A DNA stretch of 37,412 nt, from the NCBI RefSeq assembly GCF_006345805.1, contig NW_021836807.1, positions 1 to 37,412 on the forward strand. The letters run 5' to 3'. The stretch is from Octopus sinensis. Lineage: Eukaryota. The notes beneath the pieces are model-generated. The model did not search any database. It was not told the origin of the DNA and saw only the letters and a list, made by a program, of their open reading frames with translations. Positions 12,401 through 23,243 of this stretch are shown here, piece after piece. Each line of letters begins with the position of its first letter. Position 1 is the stretch's first letter. Both the position numbers and the translations under genes were made by a program.

Positions 12401-12615
12401 GGCGGCGAACTGGCAGAAACGTTAGCACGCCGGGCGAAATGCTTTGCGGTATTTCGTTTGTCTTTACGTTCTGAGTTCCAATTCCGCTGAGGTCGACTTT
12501 GCCTTTCATCGTTTCAGGGGTCGATAAATTAAATACCAGTTGCGTACGGGAGTCGATCTAATCGACTGGCCTCCTCCCCAAAAATGTTGGGCCTTGTGCC
12601 TAGAGTTGAAAAGAT
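12401..12615 (+). mobile_element. Full-length SINE family D monomer (tail Y)
   Basis: GGCGGCGAACTGGCAGAAACGTTAGC...GAGTTCCAATTCCGC...GGCCTTGTGCCTAGAGTTGAAAAG. Confidence 0.9.
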
Positions 12616-13224
12616 AGACACATAGGATACGTGTACAGACAGACGGACGGACGGAAGGACGAATGATGGATGGGTGGATAGACGGGTGGATGGATGCATG
12701 GATAGATAGTGGGAGAAAAGAAAGAAAGAAGGAGAAAAAGAAAGAAAGGAAGAAATATGCTGAATGTTAGATAGGCAGATAAAGTACTGGGTGGATGGAT
12801 GGATGGATGGATGGATGGATATTCGCTATAACAGCTAACATATTCATAATATTTGTATTAACAAGACTTCAACATATCAGTTAGTGAGCATCTCATCAGA
12901 GAGTTTACTCCAAGCTGTGAACAGATGTTTTGTAATCTACCTTTATCTATCGCAAGCATTGTTGTATCAAGTAGCTGCAGTTCTGTAACTAGCTTTGTCT
13001 AACCTTGCAACGTTTTCATTAACAGGTGGTTATCCTCTCGCTAAAATAGCCTTTGCCTCAGTTGCTAGCAACACTCACAAAGATACACACATGCGCACAC
13101 ACGGATACACACACATATGCACACGCAAACGTACGTATGTGTGTGTGTGTATTTATGTATATACGTGTGTTGTTTCCGTTAGTGTGTACACACACACACA
13201 CACCACATATATATATATATGTAT

Positions 13225-13425
13225 GCTTGTGTGTGTGTATGTGTCTCCCCAGCATCGCTTGACAACCGATGCTGGTGTGTTTACGTCCCTGCAACTTAGC
13301 AGTTCGGTAAAAGAGACCGATAGAATAAGTACTAGGCTTACAAAGCATAAGTCCTGGGGTCGATTTGCTCGACTAAAGGCGGTGCTGCAGCATAGCCACA
13401 GTCAAAATTATTGAAACAAGTAAAG
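13225..13425 (+). mobile_element. 3' half of SINE family E
   Basis: CATCGCTTGACAACCGATGCTGGTGTG...GAAACAAGTAAAG. Confidence 0.85.
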
Positions 13426-13429
13426 TGTA

Positions 13430-13431
13430 AA

Positions 13432-13495
<64 letters not shown>

Positions 13496-13582
13496 TATGA
13501 GGGAATCTTATACCAACTTAAGGGAAAAATTCATTTAGAAATGCTAAATCAAATTTCACAAAATATAATATAATATATATAT

Positions 13583-13617
<35 letters not shown>

Positions 13618-13802
13618 TATTATATATATAATTAGAAAAAAAACAATCTTCATCATTCAATAATGAAAAGTGAATTATACCATTTAGAAATATTATATAT
13701 TATAGAAGGATTAAATATAAGATAAAACATATAACAATGATTAAGTAATGTCCAAAATAATGAATAAAACGTATATATTTGGTAGAACAATGACACGTGT
13801 AA

Positions 13803-13838
<36 letters not shown>

Positions 13839-14049
13839 GAGGAGGAGGAGGAGGAGGAGGAGGAGGTGGAGGAGTAATTGTAAAATCACTTCAATATAAA
13901 TACAGCCACTCTTCAGGTTAAAGATAACAATAATATAATTAATTAGATAAATTAATAAATATACGTAAATAATCTTGTAAAATACGAAATATCTTAAATA
14001 TATTCTTGCTTAAAAAATAAGATACAAATAGTTAGAATATTTAAAACAA

Positions 14050-14094
<45 letters not shown>
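13430..14094. repeat. (TA)n runs plus (AGT)n/(AGG)n trinucleotide tract (13803-13875) with AT-rich spacers
   Basis: Directly visible. Confidence 0.9.
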
Positions 14095-14099
<5 letters not shown>

Positions 14100-14524
14100 C
14101 ACGGACGCATTAAACAGTACTTGTACAATTCTGAGACACCCCCTTCCCACCTTACTGAATGGGATAACTTTCGCCTCGGGGTTAAGCTCCTAACCAGCTG
14201 CTACAGTTGCTCGTTTGAACTAACAGAACTAGAAGTACGTGAAAAGAAGGGGCTCGCTCAAGAGTCCTGTCTAGAAATTGAAACCATCATACTACACGAT
14301 TGCGTATGTGTCTGTGGTGTGTGTGTGTGTGTGTGTGTGTGTATTATATATATATATACACACACACACATATATATATATGAACACACATCCACATATA
14401 CACATTCAGTTATGTAATGCATATGTCGTCTCATCTTTCAATTTAGTAGTTCCATTTATCCGCATATGTTACCAAATATTATGACGCAATATGAAGACCT
14501 CCATTCAGAGACAAATTAGACAGA

Positions 14525-14559
<35 letters not shown>

Positions 14560-15063
14560 CGTGTGTGTGTTTGTGTTTGTTTGTGTGTGTGTGCGTGTGT
14601 GTGTGTGTTTGCACACAAGCGAGTATATGTACGTGTGCATATAATTGTTTACCTATATCTATCTCTCATCGTCACTCGATTGCACCATGTATTTCATACA
14701 CACATACACACACTCATATATATTATATATATATACACAAACACACACATATTTATATATACTCATGCACATACACATACACACACGTGTATACTGTTTA
14801 TGTTATTTAGTCACGTAAGAACATAGAGGTGCTCAATACACCCTTATGTGAGAAATACGCACGAACTGATTAAAGTTAGTTTTGCAAATGTAAATAGGTC
14901 AGCCATTTTGTTTACCCCCCAAAGTTTATGGATCTTCTTCATAGAGGGAAGATGACGCATACGTGTATAATATACACGTGCGTTTTTTTTTTCCTGACTC
15001 TCTTCTCTTTTTTATCCCCTTCCCCCATCTTCCGTCTCTTCCTAATCTCTCGTGGATGTTCTA

Positions 15064-15099
15064 GTATCCGACGAAGGACTAATGTCCGAAACGTTATAC
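15064..15099 (+). ncRNA. Minimal type-I hammerhead ribozyme-like motif (U4C variant)
   Basis: GTAT-CCGACGA-A-GGAC(TAAT)GTCC-GAAA-CG-TT-ATAC: stem I GTAT/ATAC, stem II GGAC/GTCC, GUU cleavage triplet. Confidence 0.6.
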
Positions 15100-15262
15100 G
15101 AGGAGGTGGTGAAAAGTTCCCAGCTTTGGGTAAAAGAAGACTCAGGAGGATCAATTAATTGTGGCTTTATTCACCATAGTCCCTTCTCAGATCACACACT
15201 TATTTCTGATGTCCTTCAGTTTTTCTAAAAGAACTCGGTAGGTTGGGCTTTCAACCAGGCGT
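15099..15262. mobile_element. Tc1/mariner terminal fragment
   Basis: Follows TA (15097-15098) and begins CGAGGAGGTGGTGAAAAGTTCC, resembling mariner-type CGAGGG...AAAAGTT TIR starts as I recall them. No second TIR found. Confidence 0.55.
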
Positions 15263-15587
15263 CACGGTATAGAAACAAGAGTTCGGCAACTTGTGTGTTG
15301 GATTCTGCACTGTTAGAACATTTTTCCATCTGCTACACAGAATGGTGAAAAATAGAGCAGAAGTTAACAATTATATTTCATTTCGTTGGGAATCTTTTCA
15401 ACATCAAATACTGACTGCAGACGACCATCAAATTCAAATACAAACAAATCATAGAACTTTATTATGCTGGTTACTATGCTCTGGTATTTCACACTCTGTA
15501 TGTTCTGTGAGCAAGCATTTCAGTAGCTATTACAGATTTTAAAAAAAGTAAACCTGACATCCAGAAAACGTAGGTTGTTATATTATA

Positions 15588-15974
15588 CTAGCTGGCCCCG
15601 TGCCGTCAAAAATGACGGCTAATTGTAGAACTTTATATATTGAAAAGGTACAAAATAAGGTACATAATAATCACATAGACAAATATTCATATAGTTCCCT
15701 TGTACATGCACACACATACACACATATACTCACACAGAGTTGAAACGCTGTTTGATTTTTCTTTTCGGCGCTGACTGTTCACCATCCCACTAGCATTGTA
15801 CACACACGCACGCGCGCAGATTAGAAGCGTTGTGTGATTCCTTTCACCGTAGAACTTCCATCATCCCACTACCAAATTTGCCATCACCCCTTCCTTCCTT
15901 ATTCACCTATTACCCCTTCCTTTCTCATTCATATGTGGAGACGGAGGCAGACGCAAGATTATTATTATAATTGA
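15588..15974 (-). mobile_element. Non-autonomous Helitron
   Basis: Minus strand: A|TC start at 15974, 3' hairpin GCCGTCA-TTTT-TGACGGC about 11 nt before the terminal CTAG|T; insertion between A and T, no TSD. Contains a diverged internal repeat of about 80 bp. Confidence 0.75.
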
Positions 15975-16247
15975 TTATGTACGTTGAGAAGAGAGAGGAC
16001 GTTATAGTGCATTGCCTATCTATGGTAAACTGTATTAGCATTTATACTTTATACATTCCTAATATATAATATCAACTCGACAAACCTTTCCAGTTCAGAG
16101 AAATAGGCAGCATTAGTTTCAGTTACAACACATTGAAGAAGAAATATCAAACTTCCTCAGATATCTTTTGGAAGACTCAAAAATCATTCTAAATAACTGC
16201 CTCAGTTTCCATACTAAATCTCTCCTCAACGGAGTTGTCTACTTTCG

Positions 16248-16497
16248 CTATCCCAGTATAGATGCCCAATAAGGAGCACATATTTATGACTCATAAGAGC
16301 TTTTAACATCCAGGCTGTCCAAGTATGGATGCCTAACATATTTATGTCTCGTAAGAGCTTTTAACATCTAGGCTATCCCAGAATGGGTGTCCAGCAAGGA
16401 GCATATAACAGCTTTTAACATCCAGGCTGCCCTAGTATGGATGTCCAGCAAGAAGCACATATTTATGACTCCTAAGGGTATTTAACATCCAGGGCAT
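16248..16497 (+). repeat. Minisatellite, four diverged 54-67 bp units
   Basis: Units GCT(A/G)..C..GTATGGATG...(C)TTTTAACATC(C/T)AG repeated four times. Confidence 0.85.
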
Positions 16498-16569
16498 CCG
16501 CAGAAGGTCCTTTCCATCTGGTGGCACAGAAATCATTCATCGAACCAATATCAGCAGTATTGAACCCAA

Positions 16570-17100
16570 GCTATACAGTTATCATATGAAATGGCTCAAT
16601 GTATAGCGTGCATGTCTAACTAACTGTGGAGTATCTTACTCATAAGATACCCCACAGTCGGATACAACATGGTTTAAGCCTGGCTGGAGAATTTACAGAT
16701 AGTAGTACCGTTTACCATTTAAACCGGCCATATCTGGCCCAAATGTGCGACCTGTTATATGTTCAAACCAGCCAGTCCTAGCCTATTAGACCTACCATTC
16801 AATGTCATTCTAAAAATATAAATCACATCATCCAAATTCCAAAGCTATGAGATATTACATGGTTAATTAAAATCAATATGGATGAAAAGGCTTTGTATTT
16901 GATAGAATAATCTGAATGCAAAAGGTTCAAAGATCAGCTGGACAATATTATGAAGAGGAGGGACATGAAACATTCAGAAGCTGAAGTCATCGCAATTTTG
17001 CCTGTCAGTTTGTTGGTCTCACTCCCGATGGGGGATTGAAAAAAACAGACGAGAACTACACTGAGTACTACCAAGAGCATGCGCACAAAGTTTCTCCTGG
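16570..17100 (+). mobile_element. Possible very degenerate LINE (RTE-like) 3' ORF relic, split by the MITE
   Basis: Broken-frame fragments (SYT, LNV, LTN, KIP, LSLAG) loosely recall the RTE C-terminal LNVSW..ITN..LP.VS..RRL.LAGH pattern; many stops. Confidence 0.25.
16706..16929. mobile_element. Degenerate MITE (possibly piggyBac-like)
   Basis: Imperfect terminal inverted repeats CCGTTTACCATT / AATGCAAAAGG around about 220 bp; TTAA TSDs are eroded. Recognition is partly from memory of similar octopus repeats. Confidence 0.4.
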
Positions 17101-17217
17101 CTTTCAACTAGAAACTATATGTCGAGAATTGTGGTGTACAGACATCAAAGGATTCTCAAATAAACGAGTTGTGGCTATCAGATCCGATTGAAATACGTTA
17201 ATGGATGCATGTATTTA

Positions 17218-17587
17218 TCTCTCTATATATAAACGGCAGTTTGTCTGTGTGTGTTTCTGTGTGTCTGTTAGCTTGTACCCTCACCCTGACCACGGCTTTC
17301 AACCGATTCTGATGAAACTTGACACACACATAGCCCAATGTCATAATTCAAAACTAACGCAGCGAAAATTTTGTAAAGTTCCCCCAGTTCTGAAAAAAAT
17401 CGATAAATTCGACATGGGGTAGAGAATCAGAAACACAAACCACAGACTGTCTAGGGGATGCAACTCGACCTTTTTAACTAAAAAAAATTTACCATCATTT
17501 TTTTTCCATTTTTTGGTTATAACTCTCTAGAAATGCTTTATAGTTATTTCCCTTACAAACCCGAGCAACGCCGGGCGATACTGCTAG
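17218..17587 (+). mobile_element. Non-autonomous Helitron
   Basis: A|TCTCTCTATATATAAACGGCAG start, followed by TGTGT-rich and ACCGATTCTGATGAAACTT motifs; 3' hairpin CCCGAGCAACGCCGGG then CTAG|T at 17584-17588. Confidence 0.85.
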
Positions 17588-17799
17588 TGTTGGTATATTT
17601 GTCTTAGTTCGTTAATACCTTCAGATGGACATTATGATACGTAACTCAATTGTTCTACATACATCGTTTGCATGTCTATGGACGGTTAGCATATTGCGTA
17701 AAAGTGTTCCAAAATGCTGCTCATTTTGTACATAATATATATATTCAATATTCGCATAGCGACACTTTGATATGCGTCACGTTACATTCATTCTGCTCA

Positions 17800-17897
17800 T
17801 ACATATAAACACACACTCACACACACATATATATATATATACACACAAATATATATATACGTATATGTATGTATATTGATACATGCTTACGTACATG

Positions 17898-17940
<43 letters not shown>

Positions 17941-17971
17941 CATATATATATATATATATATTATATATATA

Positions 17972-18069
<98 letters not shown>

Positions 18070-18090
18070 CATATATTCATACATACACGT
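17800..18090. repeat. (CA)n/(TA)n microsatellite
   Basis: Directly visible. Confidence 0.95.
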
Positions 18091-18245
18091 GTAAGTATTC
18101 ATATGTATGTGCTGTGTGTGAGGGAAATTGTTTAACACATCAACGAACATATTAGTTAAGTAATTAAATAGTTAGTTAATTAAATTTATATCAGGAATAT
18201 TTCTAATCTTCCTGTAAATCAATTTCCAAGGGTTGAAACCCTTAC

Positions 18246-18332
18246 AGAGAAACATGCAGGGCTGACAACTGGTGAATACCGATTTCTCTCGATCCATTCA
18301 TTCTTGCTCTCATGGTAAATGTCCCAATATTC
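18246..18332 (-). other. Candidate 87-nt internal exon of an unidentified host gene
   Basis: TTATTTATTCAG acceptor, GTAAG donor, length a multiple of 3, open in two frames. No recognisable protein family. Confidence 0.25.
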
Positions 18333-18584
18333 CTGAATAAATAATCTATTGGTGTCATACAAGTAATTACCGAGCGGCGGTCATTATATAACTCACCATG
18401 CAGCGTATAAATTAACGCTAACCTGTGCTCTAAAACAATTTCGGAAATGTTATAAACACATACAGGCCTAAGTAAAGTGAAGGCTTTGCTATTACCATGT
18501 GAGACTGAGTGAATTTGTACTGTGAATATGTTTGTGTGTGTAAGACATACATGGGCACACATAGACACATACACATACGATGAT

Positions 18585-18842
18585 GGGGGGGGGTGAGAAG
18601 GGGAGAAGAAGGGGAAAGGGTAGGAGGGAAGAAGGAGGGGAGGAGGGGAAGAGGGTAAGGGGAGGAGGAGGAAGAGGAAGAGGAAGAGGAGGAGGAGGAG
18701 GACGAGGAAGAAGAAGAACAACAAGAAGGCGATGAAATGATGATGAAGAAGAAGAAGAAGAAGAAGAAGAAGAAGAAGAAGAAGAAGAAGAAGGAAAAGA
18801 AGAAGAGGAAGAAGGAAGAGGGGCGGGAAGAAGACGAAGAAA
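18585..18842. repeat. Purine-rich (GGA)n/(GAA)n tract
   Basis: Directly visible. Confidence 0.95.
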
Positions 18843-19121
18843 GTTACCACACATAGTAACAACGTGCTTATTCAAGATCGATTCCAGTGCCCGTCACATT
18901 CTTCAAATGTTTTCTAACAGAAAACTCGAGTTAAAAATGGCCGTATACTTCGCAGATTCGTTACATAGAGATATAGGAAGCTGTGACATTTTTGCTATTT
19001 TCCCTTATCATCTTAGATTAGATACCTGTGTTACGATGTATAGCAACGAGATGGTTCGAAGATCAATTTTGGCACGAGTCACCTTGAACAAATGTCTTTT
19101 GCCAGATCGTAATGTCAACCA

Positions 19122-19451
19122 GTGAAGGCGCGTGGCTTAGTGGTAAGGGCATTCGGCTCACGATCGTAAGATCGCGAGTTCAATTCCCGGCGACGCGGCC
19201 AGTCCCTGAGCAAAACACTTTATTTCACGTTGCTCCAATTCACTCAGCTGGCAAAAATGAGTTTTACCCGTAATTTAAAGGGCCAGCCTTGTCACACTCT
19301 GTGTCACGCTGAATCTCCCGGAGAACTACGTTAAGGGTACGGCGTGTCTGTGGAGTACTCAGCCACTTGCACGTTAACTTCACGAGCAAGCTGTTCCGTT
19401 GATCGGATCAGCTGGGACCCCTCGTCGTCGCAACCGACGGAGTTCTCCAAC
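19122..19451 (+). mobile_element. Full-length SINE family C (OK-like) with perfect 11-bp TSD
   Basis: GTGAAGGCGCGTGGCTTAGTGG (A box), GAGTTCAATTCCC (B box); TSD AATGTCAACCA at 19111-19121 and 19452-19462. Confidence 0.9.
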
Positions 19452-19564
19452 AATGTCAACCAAAGCACGTTTGAGTGAAACTTAGTCGACAGAAACTGTG
19501 TGGAAGCCTTTTGAAGGTACCTTTCCTCCGACTGAAATAAAGGGAGTTAACTTTTGTGAACTAA

Positions 19565-19755
19565 GACGTAGGAGTGGCTGTGAGGTAAGTGGTTTGCTTA
19601 CCAACCACATGGTTCCGGGTTCAGTCCCACTGCGTGGCACCTTGGGCAAGTGTCTTCTACTATAGTCTCGGGCCGACCAAAGCCTTGAGTGGATTTGGTA
19701 GACGGAAACTGAAAGAATCCCGTGGTATATATATGTGTGTGTGTATGTGTGTGTG

Positions 19756-19809
<54 letters not shown>

Positions 19810-19998
19810 GTGTGTCTGTGTTTGGCCCCCCCAACATCGCTCGACAACCGATGCGGCTGTGCTTACGTCCCCGTAACTTAGCGGTTCGGCGAAAGAGACC
19901 AGTAGAATAAGTACTGGGCTTACAAAAGAATAAGTCCTGGGGTCGATTTGCTCGACTAAAGGCGGTGCTCCAGCATGGCCGCAGTTAAATGACTGAAA
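19565..19998 (+). mobile_element. SINE family E, full length
   Basis: Colinear with 10312-10723, with a longer internal (GT)n. Confidence 0.9.
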
Positions 19999-20175
19999 TT
20001 TGTCTTGTGTTACTGCACTTGTGATTCTTATGAGTAAGGGTTGGTGAGGTTAAGTTCAATCAGTTCCTTTACGTGTGTGATTGAAAATATACCTAAATCC
20101 ACCTGTGTCTGTGTGTCTATGTTTGTTAATATGCATATTTATCTGTAAATGCGCATACATGTTTAAATTTGCATG

Positions 20176-20259
20176 ATGCATGTGTGTATATGCCTGTCAA
20201 TGCATGTGTGTATATGCCTGTCAATGCATGTGTGTATATGCCTGTCAATGCATGTGTGT
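20176..20259 (+). repeat. 24-bp tandem repeat x3.5 (ATGCATGTGTGTATATGCCTGTCA)
   Basis: Exact units at 20176, 20200 and 20224. Confidence 0.9.
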
Positions 20260-21012
20260 GTTTGTATGTGCCTTCGTTTTCCTGCAGGCTATGAATATGA
20301 ATGTATGATTATAAATAAGTTGGCATGCTTATAAGATTTTTTTTTTTTGTTTGTGTCTGACCATGTAAGTGCATGTGTGTGTATATGTGTGTGTGTGTGT
20401 AAATGTATGTACGTGTGTGTAAGGATGTGCTTGGAAGTACGGATGTATGTGCGCGTATATGCTTCACTCGTATATATCTATATACGTGTACGTTATAGAA
20501 ATGCGTGTCAGTCTGAGTGCTTTTATATATCTGTGCGTGTTTACGCAGGTGTTTTTCTGAAAGTGATTGTGAGTCGACCTCAAGGTTTTCATTTCGCCAA
20601 AAAAAAAAAAAAACACAAAAAAACTATACGGTGAGGGAAGTGACATTAAAGAAAGGCACAACAACAACAACAAACCAAAACCCACCAAACTACCCAAATT
20701 TAGAACTAATTAGTTCTAATCTAGAAAATAAAAGGAACAGAAGAAAAACTAATAATAATTATAATCTAATTCAGTAACTAATTAGAACCGAGTCACTGTT
20801 CAAATCTTAGTCGATTATATCAGCTCGGTCAGGATTTGTCGTTGCAGTTGATAAGAGTACAGTATTTGCTCGTTTTGTGTTTTAGTTGGGGGGGGGGGTT
20901 TAATCGACGATGTGTAAAAATAGGGTTTTCAAACCCCTCAACTCCCAACGTGTAGAATATGTCTACTAAATGACCCTTTCTTCTGTGCCAATCGTAACAT
21001 AACTTTTTATGG

Positions 21013-21013
<1 letters not shown>

Positions 21014-21098
<85 letters not shown>

Positions 21099-21108
21099 TA
21101 TATATATG

Positions 21109-21171
<63 letters not shown>

Positions 21172-21196
21172 ATATATATATATATAATATATATTA
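21014..21196. repeat. (TA)n microsatellite
   Basis: Directly visible. Confidence 0.95.
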
Positions 21197-21494
21197 TGCC
21201 TTTTCTTCTTAACGTGCGTGGTAGAGTTAGACGGTTCTCCCGGGGGAGAGAAAAGTGTTGCATGGGAAGAAGAGAGAAAAGAAAATTGAATCAGAAAGAA
21301 CCTCCCTTGATTTTACTACTACTACTACTGCCCCTTTTGCTGTTGTTGTTATTTTGGCTTCTTAAGTGTTATTACTCAGCCATTGTTGTCTTAAGAAATA
21401 CTTCTTGCTGTAAAGTTTATTTGCGCTCGTTCTCCGCTTTCACAAACAATATTAACTTTTATTATTGTTACTGCTGTTTACTAAAAGCCTTCGC

Positions 21495-21660
21495 AAGATG
21501 ACAGAATCGATAATGGTACATAATGGTTTACGGCATTTAGTTATCTTATTTTGCGTTCAGTGTTCGAATCATGCCGAGACCGACTTCGTGTCATTTTATT
21601 TATTTATTTATTTTACCTCCTCCATTGAGGAAGATAAGTTAAAATACCAATCAGTATTTG
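21495..21660 (+). mobile_element. Degenerate SINE family D copy
   Basis: GACAGAATCGATA...GCGTTCAGTGTTCGAATCATGCCGAGACCGACTT remnants. Confidence 0.5.
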
Positions 21661-21709
21661 AACATTTTTGATTTTGTTGTGGACTTTTATATTTTAGTTT
21701 ATTCTATTA

Positions 21710-22801
21710 ATGGCAACCAAATGTAAGAAAGCCTTGGAATGGCGAATTGTAGCCCCCAAGGAGTGGCTAAAAAACTATGATGAGAGAACGGTGGTGTTGC
21801 GGACTTATTGCAAGGTCCGCGACACCACATGTGTCAGAGTGAAATTGAAGAAGAGTTGGCGGGATTCGTACCAACTTATAGGTTCATCCGTAGGGGTGCA
21901 AAGTACGCAACGGTGTGCGTAGTTTTCGATACCCCTACGGAGGCTCAGAAATTTGCGAGCCAACCTGTAGATGGGAGGAAGATTTTGTTTCTCCCCACTT
22001 ATGTTGGGCGTAAATTGACAAATGCCTGGGTGTGTGGGCTACCGCCCGTTATAGAGTCTGAATGGATAGAAGATTCTATCCGTCGAGGCCTGAATGGTGG
22101 CCCTGCCAGGCTCTTGAATGTAAAAATACTGCCTGCGGTCGATTGGGTCGGGTCAAAAGCAATTTTGACCCTATGGGTCCAATCCGCCTAAGACCTGGAT
22201 TTACCAAATTTCTTGACAATGGCCGATTCCAGGCACCCGGTGATCATTGAGGGACGCCCCCTCCCCCAAGTGTCACCTGTGCCTGAAATCAGGGCACATG
22301 AAGCTGAACTGTTGCCGGGACCAGGCGAAGGTCCTGGAACAGTTGATTGATGACTGTAACCCCCTGTTCCTCCAACGGAGCCTCCTGCTCCTTCATTTGA
22401 GGGAGAAAGGGAGAAAGTCGAGAAGGAGGTAACCTCCTCAAGAAAAGGTACTAAGAGAAAGAAGGTGGGCAACAACGGCTGCTCATCGATGGACCCTGAG
22501 GTGGCGGGAGGGGAAGAGGGACCTCCAAACTCCACCCTCCCGTCGTAAAGGGGAAAAGAAAGAAGAAGAAAGGAAAAACGGGGCATTGCCGGCGACGGCA
22601 TGTCCCGAAATCCCTTCGGTGGGATGTGTGCCACTGGAGGGGGAGAAGGAAACCTTGTCGGTGGGATGTGTGCCACCGAGCGAGGTAGTTCAGTTCCCTC
22701 TCAAAGAAAATGATGAGCAATTTGTATTCCTCTATCGCAAGGGAGGGGCGATTGAGGAGTATGTGGAAAATAATTTCGATAGTCAGGTTCTGATGATATA
22801 A
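21710..22801 (+). pseudogene. Frameshifted non-LTR retrotransposon ORF1/gag-like relic (L1/Tx1-type layout) with a CCHC zinc knuckle
   Basis: GC-rich island. Stitched frames read MATKCKKALEW...ERTVVLRTYCK / EIEEELAG...TVCVVFDTPTEAQKF...VCGLPPVIESEWI...*DLDLPNFL...VIIEGR / PKCHLCLKSGHMKLNC (C-x2-C-x4-H-x4-C), then a Pro/Glu/Lys-rich linker. In-frame stop at 22189 and several frameshifts; no ORF2. Confidence 0.7.
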
Positions 22802-22947
22802 AATGAAGCAGCTTGCTTACCAACCACATGGTTCCGAGGTCAGTCCCACAGCGTGGCACCTAGGGCAAGTGTCTTCTACTATACCCTCAGGCCGACCAAA
22901 GTCTTGTGAGTAGATTTGGTAGACAAAAACTGAAAGGCGCCCGTCGT

Positions 22948-23128
22948 ATCGTTAGCTACTACACACATTTCTTTTCTCTCCTTGTTTTTTTCTGTGTATC
23001 TTTCTGTAGAAGAGCGTAGGCTCAAAACGTAAAAGACTTTTTCTATTCCTGAGTGCTATACTAATACATCTGTTTGTTTGTACACCACCTGCCTTCGTCT
23101 TTTGTTTATTTTCGTAAACTTTCCCTTT
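22948..23128 (+). mobile_element. Short pyrimidine-rich hammerhead-bearing element (family F; Penelope-like/retrozyme-like)
   Basis: Homologous to 30438-30541 (minus) and 27571-27762; followed by (TA)n. Confidence 0.7.
22999..23036 (+). ncRNA. Minimal hammerhead-like motif (CUGUAGA core; G12A, probably inactive)
   Basis: TCTTT-CTGTAGA-A-GAGC(GTAG)GCTC-AAAA-CG-TA-AAAGA. Confidence 0.55.
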
Positions 23129-23149
23129 ATATATATATATATACATATG

Positions 23150-23243
<94 letters not shown>

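Noticed and set aside
13901-13917. Minus-strand CTGAAGAGTGGCTGTA, a possible hammerhead 5' half among TA runs
   Set aside because: No matching stem II partner or GAAA half is visible; a microsatellite follows.
14094-14417. 107-aa ORF beginning at the edge of a (TA)n run
   Set aside because: The ATG is created by the TA run and the 3' part is microsatellite; the unique part looks more like a decayed minus-strand SINE.
17309-17320. CTGATGA followed by AAC, resembling a hammerhead core
   Set aside because: No stem II or separate GAAA; it is part of the common Helitron ACCGATT..GATGAAACTT motif.
18242-18875. 206-aa and 127-aa ORFs with poly-Leu/Ser/Pro
   Set aside because: Driven by the (GAA)n/(GGA)n tract; only the small candidate exons are retained.
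19122-19200. tRNA-like sequences at SINE 5' ends (also near 545, 6779, 7875, 27938)
   Set aside because: No complete cloverleaf or acceptor stem; they run into shared SINE bodies bounded by TSDs, so they are SINE heads and not tRNA genes.
22188-22720. Antisense 162-aa and 89-aa ORFs
   Set aside because: Shadow frames of the GC-rich ORF1 relic on the plus strand.
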